Shown: positions 1-9,059 of the stretch, one piece after another
Layout: every line of letters begins with the position of its first letter
How positions within the stretch are numbered: position 1 is the stretch's first letter
From: an uncultured cyanobacterium
Lineage (GTDB): Bacteria; Cyanobacteriota; Cyanobacteriia; Cyanobacteriales; Nostocaceae
Length of the DNA stretch: 64,000 nucleotides
NCBI GenBank assembly: GCA_963740315.1
Contig: CAVUDP010000002.1
Coordinates: 3,872,001 to 3,936,000, forward strand
Direction: 5' to 3'
Notes under the pieces: model-generated
Seen by the model: the letters and a program-made list of their open reading frames with translations, nothing else
Told to the model about the DNA's origin: nothing
Databases searched by the model: none
Made by a program: the position numbers and the translations under genes

Positions 1-246
1 TTTTAAAATTTTAAAGTCTAATAGAATATATAAGTTAACTTGTGAAGATAATTTGTATCTGTTTTAAAGTCACCTTTATCAAACATTGTCTACTAAGCCT
101 TTAGTAAAGCCTAAAAGCAACTTACATAAAATACAAAATTTCAGTCTTGGTAAATTTTGGATAAAATTAAAACTGCTGTCGCATCATAAGTATTAATAAT
201 TAAAAACTGCCAAAGCGATAGAAATAGAAATTAATAAAAAATTCTC

Positions 247-356
247 AACTGCTGGTATTTATTATCAGCAGTTATCGTTTTACGGCTCACGCCGATGAAA
301 GGGTGAAGCTCTGCGGGGGAAGATTCCTCCGCAAGACTTCACGTGAAGTCCGTAAA
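247..356 (+). promoter_or_regulatory. Structured leader with nested inverted repeats upstream of a small-gene cluster
   Basis: AACTGCTG/CAGCAGTT IR (247-273); TTTACGG/CCGTAAA outer stem (279-356) enclosing a GTGAAG..TGCGGGGGAA/TTCCTCCGCA..CTTCAC hairpin; perfect palindrome GACTTCACGTGAAGTC at 335-350. Confidence 0.45.
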
Positions 357-371
357 TCAAGGATTTGAAAA

Positions 372-734
372 ATGAAAACTCCGCAAGAAATAGCCAGCGA
401 GCTAAACCAATTTTATGGTTCAACTACTCTCTACAAACACTGGCTCGGCTTAAACTATACCGATGGTATCCAATACTTAGCGAAAGAAGCAAATTGCTAC
501 TGGTTATTAGATGCCATCGCTTCACATCAAACAAAGCAATTCTTGTCTAATCCACAACTACGAGAATTTCAAATTTGGCATTTACAAGTTCAAGAAAACT
601 CCGGTGTTTTGATATGCGAATGGGATACCAATCAAGAAGTTTTACGGCAAGAAATTGAGTATACAGATTTTCCATTGAGCCATATCAAAGTTTATTTAGT
701 TGAAAAAGTTCTCATGCTCCCAAACGAATACTAA
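372..734 (+). CDS. Conserved hypothetical protein of mobile elements (DUF6876-like)
   Basis: 120-aa ORF with YTDGxxYLA...CYWLLDAIASxQ and QxIxYTDFPL...LMLPxEY motifs. Confidence 0.7.
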   Translation: MKTPQEIASELNQFYGSTTLYKHWLGLNYTDGIQYLAKEANCYWLLDAIASHQTKQFLSNPQLREFQIWHLQVQENSGVLICEWDTNQEVLRQEIEYTDFPLSHIKVYLVEKVLMLPNEY

Positions 735-764
735 ATCGCTTCAAGTAGTTAATAGGAGAAAATA

Positions 765-1010
765 ATGATTCAGGCAATTGATTCAGAACAGGTATTCGTC
801 ACAAATTTAGAACAATTCATGACGAAAGCTGACAAGTTCATCAAAATCTACTACTCAGGTGTTAGCGATGAAAATCATTTGAGAGAAATGATGCAAGAAC
901 TGAAAAACTTAGTTTTAGATACAGATTTACAACAGTTAGAAATCGATTATCAGCATAACTGTGAAATTAAAGATTTAATGGCAGATTATAACGATTCATC
1001 TTGGTGCTGA
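765..1010 (+). CDS. Hypothetical protein
   Basis: 81-aa ORF preceded by AGGAG RBS. Confidence 0.65.
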   Translation: MIQAIDSEQVFVTNLEQFMTKADKFIKIYYSGVSDENHLREMMQELKNLVLDTDLQQLEIDYQHNCEIKDLMADYNDSSWC

Positions 1011-1097
1011 TTACCGAAACTTAACGTGCTGAAACACTCCAACAGAAAGAGGGCTTACGCCCAATAGAGAAATGAAAATTTAGGAGATATCTGTCTT

Positions 1098-1475
1098 ATG
1101 GCTACACGTAAATCCTCTGCACCAAACTTTCAAGCAATTGATGATTCCGTTTTAGGTGAATATGGAGTTAGTGATTACTCAGAACGCTTATACTCAAAAG
1201 TCTACTATTCCATTCGTTCTTTATGCGGACTTCTTGCTAAAAATAGCTTCCAAGATTTCAACTGGGATGTATTTAAAGAACGTTTTGCAAATGATTTTGG
1301 AAAAGTAGAAGAAAAGCGCTATTCTCTCGAACAATTACTTGAATTTGCTAATCGTAAATTTGGCAAAACTAAGGAAGATTTAGTAGTACTCAACGAATTA
1401 TCTTGGCAGCGGAGACGAGAATATGCTGCACGAGTAAATGCAAGCGTCAATCCTCAAATGAAAGCCGAGAATTAA
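1098..1475 (+). CDS. Hypothetical protein
   Basis: 125-aa ORF with AGGAG RBS, followed by a hairpin and T-run. Confidence 0.7.
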   Translation: MATRKSSAPNFQAIDDSVLGEYGVSDYSERLYSKVYYSIRSLCGLLAKNSFQDFNWDVFKERFANDFGKVEEKRYSLEQLLEFANRKFGKTKEDLVVLNELSWQRRREYAARVNASVNPQMKAEN

Positions 1476-1499
1476 GACCGAAATTAAAACCATAATTAG

Positions 1500-1531
1500 A
1501 GGGGGATAAAGCAAAATTTATTCCCCTTTTT
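1500..1531 (+). terminator. Putative intrinsic terminator
   Basis: GGGGATAAA...TTTATTCCCC stem followed by a T-run. Confidence 0.5.
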
Positions 1532-1613
1532 GTTGTCATAAATTCTTTCAAATACATCATCAATTCAACCATTTTTCGCTTCATAAAATTCAAAATCATT
1601 TTCCGCTATTATT

Positions 1614-2345
1614 ATGTTAAAAAATAGTTACGTCGTTTGGGAAGGGGCATCTTTGATTGACGGTTCTCCTATAGTTCTGATTTTAACAGGCTTCGTTTCT
1701 CCTAGCACCAATCGTAAGACCGGAAGGCTTCTACAAAGCTGGATTATACAACAAGAATTCGCTCCTACTTTCGCGGCGAAAACAGGTTTAGATGAAGGTA
1801 TTTGTGGCTCTTGCAGTTTAAAGTTGAGTCAAACAGGAAGCTGCTACGTTAATCTCGCACCAATAAATAATATGTACCGAAAATATGTATCAGGTACTTA
1901 TTCTAAATTCAGCAAAAATGAAATAGAAGTTTTAAAGCATTATCGTTATCCTATCAGAATTGGTTCTTATGGCGACCCTACAGCAGTACCATTTGATGTA
2001 TGGGAACCAATCATTTTAGCATCAGGAAGTCATACAGGGTACTCCCACAATTGGAAAAATTGTAAGCCAATTTGGAAACAATATTTAATGGCTTCCGTGC
2101 AAAGTTTGGCAGAAGCACATATTGCTCAAACTCAAGGATGGAGAACTTTTAGAATTATCGCTCCCGATGCATCTTTGAGTGAAAATGAAATCCTTTGTCG
2201 TCATACCGAAGATGATAGGAATAGATGTGAAAATTGTATGCTTTGTGATGGCAATTCTTCAAAACCAAACATTGCTGACAGAGTGCATGGTTTGAAATGG
2301 AAAGTATCGAATTTCGTGAAATATTCCGAGTCACTATCTAATTAG
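1614..2345 (+). CDS. Cys-rich phage/plasmid-type hypothetical protein, probably metal- or Fe-S-binding
   Basis: CGSC..CYV, RIGSYGDP, GYSHNW, GWRTFR and CxxCxLC..HG motifs. Confidence 0.6.
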   Translation: MLKNSYVVWEGASLIDGSPIVLILTGFVSPSTNRKTGRLLQSWIIQQEFAPTFAAKTGLDEGICGSCSLKLSQTGSCYVNLAPINNMYRKYVSGTYSKFSKNEIEVLKHYRYPIRIGSYGDPTAVPFDVWEPIILASGSHTGYSHNWKNCKPIWKQYLMASVQSLAEAHIAQTQGWRTFRIIAPDASLSENEILCRHTEDDRNRCENCMLCDGNSSKPNIADRVHGLKWKVSNFVKYSESLSN

Positions 2346-2353
2346 CCCTTTAG

Positions 2354-2393
2354 GAAAGCTTGTGATTACTTATCTTCACCATCACAAGCTTTC
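2354..2393. repeat. 13-bp perfect inverted repeat (terminator or processing hairpin)
   Basis: GAAAGCTTGTGAT / ATCACAAGCTTTC. Confidence 0.6.
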
Positions 2394-2427
2394 AAAATAA
2401 TTCAAAGTGTTTTGCAAGGTAATACTA

Positions 2428-2694
2428 ATGGCAGAAGTTTTAAGTGAACCTCAATTTCAGATATTTACTAATCCAAAAACTGGAGTTAAAACCGGAAGAA
2501 TTTACTTTCCTGCGCTTTTCTTGGCTGATTATCATGAAAGCATTGTTCAATGGCTCCAAAGACAAGACATTCTCTTCTGTGAAACGGACTTAAAGCAATA
2601 CCCAGATGGGTCGTTTCGACTATATTTCAGGACAAATAATTGCCTCGAAACTGAATATTTGCAGCTAGTAAAACCCCTCACGGGGAGTAAATAG
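2428..2694 (+). CDS. Hypothetical protein
   Basis: ORF track starts at GTG 2407; ATG 2428 is the more likely start. Confidence 0.6.
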   Translation: MAEVLSEPQFQIFTNPKTGVKTGRIYFPALFLADYHESIVQWLQRQDILFCETDLKQYPDGSFRLYFRTNNCLETEYLQLVKPLTGSK

Positions 2695-2730
2695 TGAAAT
2701 TTACTGTCTAAGCTAAAACTAAAGTAACCA

Positions 2731-2997
2731 ATGAAGTCAAACTATCGAAACTTTCTAGCTGATGCTAGTAATCAAGAAAAAACTTTTGTGAGTCCTCAAC
2801 CAATAATATCTCAAACTCCAGAGCCAGAAAAAATTAAACATATTCTAATTGGCTCAAAAGAAGCTGTAATAGCGACAATTGAGGTTTTACATAAACTGGG
2901 TTATGCAAATGTACGCGATTGGACTCCGCTGTTACCAACTTCCAATCCAGGAGAAGTAACCAGTGTCCTGGTACGTTCAATAAAAGTCCAACAGTAG
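2731..2997 (+). CDS. Cyanobacterial conserved hypothetical protein
   Basis: KHxLIGSxxAVxxTIxxLHxLGYA..WxP pattern; followed by hairpin plus T-run at ~3017-3044. Confidence 0.65.
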   Translation: MKSNYRNFLADASNQEKTFVSPQPIISQTPEPEKIKHILIGSKEAVIATIEVLHKLGYANVRDWTPLLPTSNPGEVTSVLVRSIKVQQ

Positions 2998-3207
2998 TTA
3001 CTACAAATACTATAATATATCCCTCAATATGGGATATTTTTTTTCCAACAATAATTTGAAATTTATCTATAATTGATGAGTCAATGCAAAATTACTATTG
3101 ATTGGAGTTCTAGAACATTTCAGGAGGGATATAGATAGTTGAAGCACAGATTGCTTTCTGTTGAATTTTAGAAGTATTACTTTTATTGAAACGGCGTATT
3201 CAACTAG

Positions 3208-4773
3208 TTAATTAAGACCCAAAGCACCCGCTACTTTTGGATTGTAAGTTAATAATTTCAATATCTCTACAACTGGAACTTTTGTTTCATTCATTGAAAT
3301 AACTTGCTCCTTGAGGCGCGATCGCACATAAGTCTTTCCTCTTTTACTCCTATATTCCCACTCGAAATAAAGCTGTTTGACTGGTTTCTTTTTAGTGCTA
3401 TTAGCATTCGCATAACCCCATGAAATATTACCGCTGCCCTCACCGCGTTTACGATAGGTGCTAGGGGGATTGTTAGGTGATATGTTTCCCCCTAGCACCT
3501 GGTCATCATTACTTACTTGAGTATTTGCATGACTTAATTTTGATGAATTATTACCAAGGCTTTGGCTTTCACCTTCTATCCAGGTGCTAGGGGAATTGTT
3601 AAGTAATATATTTCCCCCTAGCACCTGGTCATCATTACTTACTTGAGCATTTGCATGACTTAATTTTGATGAATTATTACCAAGGCTTTGGCTTTCACCT
3701 TCTATCCAGGTGCTAGGGGAATTGTTAGGTGATATATTTCCCCCTAGCACCTGGTCATCATTACTTACTTGAGCATTTGCATGACTTAATTTTGATGAAT
3801 TATTACCAAGGCTTTGGCTTTCACCTTCTATCCGGGTGCTAGGGGAATTAGTTAGTGATATATTTCCCCCTAGCACCTGGTCATCATTACTTACTTGAGC
3901 ATTTGCATGACTTAATTTTGATGAACTATTGTCCGGGGTTTGGCTTTCACCTTCTATCCGGGTGCTAGGGGAATTAGTTAGTGATATATTTCCCCCTAGC
4001 ACCTGGTCATCATTACTTAGTTGAACATTTGCGTGACTTAATTTTGATGAACTATTGTCCGGGGTTTGGCTTTCACCTTCTAACTGGGTGCTAGGGGAAT
4101 TGCTAAGTGATATGTTTTCCCCTAGCACTTTGTTACGATTAATAGGGGGTATTGGGAAATATACCACACCATATTCTTCAAATACTTCCCTAAATCTCTG
4201 CCAATTGTTACCCCAATAAATTAATACATGAGACTGTCTTGCAGATAATTTTGGTTGATAATCTTGACCTAAAAACTTAATTCTCCCCTTGCAAAAACAT
4301 ACAGGTTGAGTTTTCAAAACTGGAGATAACCAATTCGTGTCGGTAGCAGCGGGTACAAGAACAATTGCTTCATCCACATTACCCGTTTCAAATTCGAGTT
4401 GCAGTTTCTTCATCCAAACACCAGGGTGCGAATAGGGAGGGTTCATATAAACTTTCCCACACCAATGCTGTTTCAACCCATCATCATCAAACGTATAATG
4501 CTTTGCTGCTGTTATATGTCGTCCATCATCCGCACAGGGGTCAAGATTGATTTCTCCTAAAACTTTTATGATTAATTTAACAATTGATGGTGGGGTATAC
4601 CAACAGTCAGTTTTGTTACTACCACTAGTTTCTTTTAAAGAAGTTTTAGAACTAGTTTGTGGAAAAGCAGAACCATCATCCCAAGCAGAATCATATTTCA
4701 CACCATCCCAGTCACCTTTTTGATGTTGTGAATCTGGATGGTGATATTGCTCGATATCAAAAAGCATGGTCAT
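3208..4773 (-). CDS. Phage-type DNA N6-adenine methyltransferase with 42-aa tandem repeats and basic C-terminal domain
   Basis: WYTP, LDPCA, DGLKQHW, VYMNPPYS, LVPAATDTNW and GRIKF motifs of the phage Dam-like family. Confidence 0.85.
   Translation of the reverse strand: MTMLFDIEQYHHPDSQHQKGDWDGVKYDSAWDDGSAFPQTSSKTSLKETSGSNKTDCWYTPPSIVKLIIKVLGEINLDPCADDGRHITAAKHYTFDDDGLKQHWCGKVYMNPPYSHPGVWMKKLQLEFETGNVDEAIVLVPAATDTNWLSPVLKTQPVCFCKGRIKFLGQDYQPKLSARQSHVLIYWGNNWQRFREVFEEYGVVYFPIPPINRNKVLGENISLSNSPSTQLEGESQTPDNSSSKLSHANVQLSNDDQVLGGNISLTNSPSTRIEGESQTPDNSSSKLSHANAQVSNDDQVLGGNISLTNSPSTRIEGESQSLGNNSSKLSHANAQVSNDDQVLGGNISPNNSPSTWIEGESQSLGNNSSKLSHANAQVSNDDQVLGGNILLNNSPSTWIEGESQSLGNNSSKLSHANTQVSNDDQVLGGNISPNNPPSTYRKRGEGSGNISWGYANANSTKKKPVKQLYFEWEYRSKRGKTYVRSRLKEQVISMNETKVPVVEILKLLTYNPKVAGALGLN
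3456..4129. repeat. 126-bp tandem repeat (~5.3 units), each unit with a GC-rich hairpin
   Basis: CCTAGCAC recurs at 3491, 3617, 3743, 3869, 3995 and 4121; each is the right arm of GGTGCTAGGGG..CCCCTAGCAC. Confidence 0.95.
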
Positions 4774-4807
4774 TTTGTGCTAATCCTTTTTTATCGACTT
4801 ATATGAA

Positions 4808-4924
4808 GGGCAGTGGAAAGTAGGCAGTAGGCAGTGGTAATCCCATAATAATGGTGCCTTTAAACTCCATACTGGCGGCTCTTTTAGCAGTTTTACTACT
4901 GCCAACTGCCCACTGGCAACTGCC
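4808..4924. repeat. Inverted pair of STRR-type 7-mer arrays (AGGCAGT / ACTGCC), MITE-like
   Basis: GGGCAGT..AGGCAGTAGGCAGT at 4808-4835 and ACTGCCAACTGCCCACTGGCAACTGCC at 4898-4924. Confidence 0.6.
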
Positions 4925-4937
4925 TTTTTTGGTAAAT

Positions 4938-7900
4938 TCAACGTTCGTCGCGTTCAATATCTTTAGTTATTTGAGCAGTCTTTTTCGGAGCAGGTAAATT
5001 TCGTCTATCAAATTTCCGTATTTGAGGATTGTAAGTGGCGATCGCCTTTCCCTGATTAGCGACAAAATCAACAATACCAATAGTTTGAGCGTCTTTAATC
5101 CCAATTACAATATCTGATGATTCTTTCATAAGTCCAATTGCATCTTCTACCGACGCATTGCCAATAAATTCAATATTTATATCCTTGTGTTCTACTGCAA
5201 GTTGTTCAATAGTTCTTAAAGCTGAAGACTCTGTGGGAAAGTTAGAAACATCAACAAACTGTACCCTCTTAGAACCCAACTCAGCAGCACGTTCAACAGC
5301 CCGCTTAAGCATATTGGACATCACTTGCTCTGTTAATGGTTGAAGTATACTATCTACAGATGCTTCAAAAAATAAAACGGTGCAAACCGGCTTATTACTT
5401 TCTTCATAATTTTTATTCTGCTGTTCCGGGGTAGTTTCAATTTGTGGAAACTTTACGGTAGAAGGGTCAATTACAATATCCGCATAGCTAGCAGGAGCAT
5501 TTTTTAAGGTACCTGAAAACGTAAATCCTTGAATTGACTTACCTACAGCATTGAGTTTTTCTTGTAAAAACTTGACTGATTTTTTATTAACGGTTCCTAA
5601 TATTTGATTATCAATCTTTGCAAAAACATTTGGTGCTTTATACGGGTTAGTTTGTCCTATAATTAAAGTAATATTCGCTTGTTCGTTCTGCCACTGACGA
5701 GATTTAAAAGCATATTTATTAACATTATCAATTTGCAATTTATTCTCTGGATTTTTAAAGCTAGTAATAATCACGCTTTTACTAGGAGGAGAATTGATGC
5801 TAGCAATCGCTTCACATCCAGGTAGTAAATGAGGAGAAGAACCATCAATAGTACCTAGCTTTTTACCTTCTACCATTATCCAACGTGCGGCTTGGGTGGG
5901 TGCGCGAGGATTAATACCATTTTCAAACTTAATTGCAACTTTTTCACCAGCAAAGTTTCTGTCAGCATAGTGATTAAACTGAGTACCAAGTACCCTCATT
6001 TGAGTAAACTGTAACTGATTTAGTTGACCTATAACTTCGTCAGGGAATACAGCGAATGCTATACCAGCCTTTTTTAGTCCTACATAATTTTTATTTTCTT
6101 CGGTATGACTAACATCATGAATTGCAGCTGCTAGAAGTAGCTTTTCATTATCCGGAGTGCTATTTATAATTGACTCGACGTATTCAAGAGTTTGCTGCTT
6201 CAAAGCATCAATCATACTATTACTAATACCGCTAAATAATTCCACTTTACCCTGCTTTATTGTCATTCCGGGTTTTAGGTTATGCTCTCGCATTGATTTC
6301 ATACTAATTGTGCCTATAGGAATATCAATATCTTTACCTGAAGATGTTGTAAATCTTGCTTTAGCAAAAAGAGGATTTGGTATTTTAGTAGTTGGTTCTC
6401 TAGAAGAAATTCGGATGCTCAACTCAGAAGCTTTCCAAAAATTATGATTTTTAGCTGCATCAAACTTAATTAAATTTGTAATTTCTAACTGTTTTCCACT
6501 AACAGGAGAAGTAATTATCAGGTAAGGTCCTTCAGCAATTTTTTGTCTTTCTTCTAGTTCGATACGGTTTCTGACTAATGAATTATAGCTATTCTTTATT
6601 TGTTTAGCTTGTTCTTTAAATGAATTAAACTCTATTTGTGGATAAAAACTTCTAAATTGCTCTATAGGTCTAGCAACTAACTGATTTTGTTCAAATACTT
6701 GGTTGGTTTGTTGGATCATCAAATCAATAGGACTATAACCATTTGTTTTCATTCCCCGATTAATAAATGCTTCTTTATCCTTCTTATCAGCCAACCATTC
6801 AACTTCCTTATAACTAGTTATAGCTTGACAATATTTAATAATTGATTCGTTAGGGCGCACAGCACTTTTACAACCATCAGTCGCTACTTGTAATTCATTA
6901 CCCAATTCGGCTACACAGTCAAATAATATTTTTTTAATTGAGTGTAATTGATGTCCTACTTGTGAGTATTCTAAATTTTTATTAAGTGTAGATGCTATCG
7001 GTGTTAACTGGTTTAGTATCTTTGAAGGTATTTCTAATTTACCTTGTTGGTGTCTTTTCAAGACATAATTAAAATTTGCTGAAACTCGTTGAAGATAATC
7101 ACATTTTTCTGATTTAGGTATTGTAGAAAGTTCGCATTGCAATGCAATATTTTTCTGAATTTCGTTAGCTATAATGCCAATTTTATTATCCATCGCAGAA
7201 ACAGTAATTTCTGCAAAGGTTCCTTGATAAGGTTCTTTTGCTTTTTTGACAATATCAGGGTATCTATTCTGGGGTAAGTTCTTTTGTTTTACTTCTTCTG
7301 CTAATATCGGAAATTCTTTGCTAGGTGCAAAAGCTAGTAAATCACCATCAAAATCGCATTGCATATTATCCATAGCTGTTTTTGGATTTATGTAAACGCA
7401 TCCCGATAGCGTTTGTGGAAGACGCTTATTTTTTAAAGTAATTACACCATTGGAATTGATTAAAGGTGAACGGGTAACTATTATTTCTTCTCCTTCTTTC
7501 AAGTAAGGAATACAAATTTCATTTGGCTGTAAATCTAAACTCGGTTGAGCTAAACCGGATGTAAACTTGATAGAACGTCCAGTAGCTATCTCTACCCATT
7601 GTTTGCGAGCAAAGTCCTTAAGGTCAGAAATAATTTTAGGATGTTCGATAAGTTGATAAAAATTTTCTGTATCGGCTTTTAATATAGAGTAAATTTTTAA
7701 ATCTTTTTGTCCTTTTCTACAGTTATCACATTCTTGAGTTTCTTCGATTTCCGAGTCGGAAACTAAATTATCAAACACAAATAATTTTTCATCTATATCT
7801 TGTTCAAAATCTTTATCTGAGTCCAATTTTGTTGCAGCAAGTTCTTTACGTCGAGAGCAACTTTCGATATATCTCTGTGCTAACTTTTTCGGGTCTTTTT

Positions 7901-8735
7901 GGTCTTGAGCCAGTTTTTCTGCTTGCTCTTTGATAATAGGAAGAATTTCATGTTTTACAGCTTGAGGATAATTAACTAATACCTGAGTTCCTAAACTATG
8001 CTCTCTGTACAAAGCTAAAGATTTCACACCTAAACCAAGGGAAAGTACATATTCTCCTGGCTTAATCGAATCTTCTCCTTTCCTCCCCTTGAAAGAAGAT
8101 GTTGCTAGTACCATATCGTAACCAATCTTGGAGCGGAGAGTACCATCCTTTAACTTACCACTCATCCGAAAAGAAGATTCCCCTAATCTGTCTAATCTTG
8201 CAGGAGCGAGCGTGCCCTTTGCAATTCGCATAACCTGACTTTCTTTTTGAGGTTTGATACCAAGTCGAAACTGAAAAGCACGCGGTTGTATATTGTTAGA
8301 AATTGCGAAATCTCTATCTATTAAACCCTTACAATCACCAACTAACTTTAGTGCATCATTCGCCGCTATAACATCACCGTTTTCTCCAGTAATATCATCA
8401 ATAACTAAAACTCTCACATCCCTTAATTCATGGAAACTTTGACAAGGTGTGAAAGGTAAAGGATAAGCTGCACCGTCAGAAGGATTAGGATACAATAGAG
8501 AGCGGACATCGGGATTATCGGCGAAGAACATTCTTGTACCAGACGAAAATTGTAAACTTCCAATTCCATCTAAATCTTCTTCCAGGTCTTCTGGTATTGT
8601 GGCATCAGGGTAAGCAATGCCGATGCTAAACTTAGTGTTAGGAAACAGATATTGTGCTAGTACCTTGTCTAGCTTTTGTTCGATACCTGTATCTTGTTTA
8701 GTTTTTGTATCAAATTGATTGAGCTTTAAAGCCAT
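4938..8735 (-). CDS. Single-subunit two-barrel (double-psi beta-barrel) polymerase, cellular RdRP/YonO-like
   Basis: Colinear motifs GDCKGLI (aa ~133), AFQFR (~154), KG (~173), VTRSP (420-424), catalytic DFDGD (461-465), KIGIIAN and ATDGCK; possible Rossmann-like C-terminal domain. Confidence 0.85.
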   Translation of the reverse strand: MALKLNQFDTKTKQDTGIEQKLDKVLAQYLFPNTKFSIGIAYPDATIPEDLEEDLDGIGSLQFSSGTRMFFADNPDVRSLLYPNPSDGAAYPLPFTPCQSFHELRDVRVLVIDDITGENGDVIAANDALKLVGDCKGLIDRDFAISNNIQPRAFQFRLGIKPQKESQVMRIAKGTLAPARLDRLGESSFRMSGKLKDGTLRSKIGYDMVLATSSFKGRKGEDSIKPGEYVLSLGLGVKSLALYREHSLGTQVLVNYPQAVKHEILPIIKEQAEKLAQDQKDPKKLAQRYIESCSRRKELAATKLDSDKDFEQDIDEKLFVFDNLVSDSEIEETQECDNCRKGQKDLKIYSILKADTENFYQLIEHPKIISDLKDFARKQWVEIATGRSIKFTSGLAQPSLDLQPNEICIPYLKEGEEIIVTRSPLINSNGVITLKNKRLPQTLSGCVYINPKTAMDNMQCDFDGDLLAFAPSKEFPILAEEVKQKNLPQNRYPDIVKKAKEPYQGTFAEITVSAMDNKIGIIANEIQKNIALQCELSTIPKSEKCDYLQRVSANFNYVLKRHQQGKLEIPSKILNQLTPIASTLNKNLEYSQVGHQLHSIKKILFDCVAELGNELQVATDGCKSAVRPNESIIKYCQAITSYKEVEWLADKKDKEAFINRGMKTNGYSPIDLMIQQTNQVFEQNQLVARPIEQFRSFYPQIEFNSFKEQAKQIKNSYNSLVRNRIELEERQKIAEGPYLIITSPVSGKQLEITNLIKFDAAKNHNFWKASELSIRISSREPTTKIPNPLFAKARFTTSSGKDIDIPIGTISMKSMREHNLKPGMTIKQGKVELFSGISNSMIDALKQQTLEYVESIINSTPDNEKLLLAAAIHDVSHTEENKNYVGLKKAGIAFAVFPDEVIGQLNQLQFTQMRVLGTQFNHYADRNFAGEKVAIKFENGINPRAPTQAARWIMVEGKKLGTIDGSSPHLLPGCEAIASINSPPSKSVIITSFKNPENKLQIDNVNKYAFKSRQWQNEQANITLIIGQTNPYKAPNVFAKIDNQILGTVNKKSVKFLQEKLNAVGKSIQGFTFSGTLKNAPASYADIVIDPSTVKFPQIETTPEQQNKNYEESNKPVCTVLFFEASVDSILQPLTEQVMSNMLKRAVERAAELGSKRVQFVDVSNFPTESSALRTIEQLAVEHKDINIEFIGNASVEDAIGLMKESSDIVIGIKDAQTIGIVDFVANQGKAIATYNPQIRKFDRRNLPAPKKTAQITKDIERDER

Positions 8736-8818
8736 ATCAAAATCATTATCTTGAGTTAATAATTACTTCTTTAAAAAAGTTAAACAACAATATAATTGCA
8801 CTTGAGCCAGTAAATTTT

Positions 8819-9028
8819 ATGAAAGATCAAAAAAGGACGCATATTCCACAAACAAGTATCAGTCAGCTTTCTTATGGGATGACTCCCTCTGAACTTGTAA
8901 GTGAAGGATATGTAGATGTTGATTATTTCTATGACCCGGATGAAGAAGAATGGAAGAGAGAGGTAAAAAAAATGGAACAAATAGCTAGAGAAAGCAAGTT
9001 ATCCGATGATGATTACATAGAGATTTAA
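8819..9028 (+). CDS. Small acidic hypothetical protein
   Basis: 69-aa ORF filling the gap between minus-strand genes. Confidence 0.5.
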   Translation: MKDQKRTHIPQTSISQLSYGMTPSELVSEGYVDVDYFYDPDEEEWKREVKKMEQIARESKLSDDDYIEI

Positions 9029-9059
9029 TCTTATTTTAGATTATGCAATAATTTAAGCG

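Noticed and set aside
286..356. Hammerhead ribozyme (CCGATGA...)
   Set aside because: Core CUGANGA/GAAA and three-stem topology are not satisfied
3456..4129. CRISPR array
   Set aside because: The sequences between hairpins are near-identical rather than unique spacers, the period is 126 bp in frame within a CDS, and no cas genes are visible
4938..8735. Viral (palm-domain) RdRP, reverse transcriptase or host rpoC
   Set aside because: Motifs are of the DxDGD two-barrel type, not palm-domain GDD/YxDD; the protein lacks the NADFDGD context and other rpoC features
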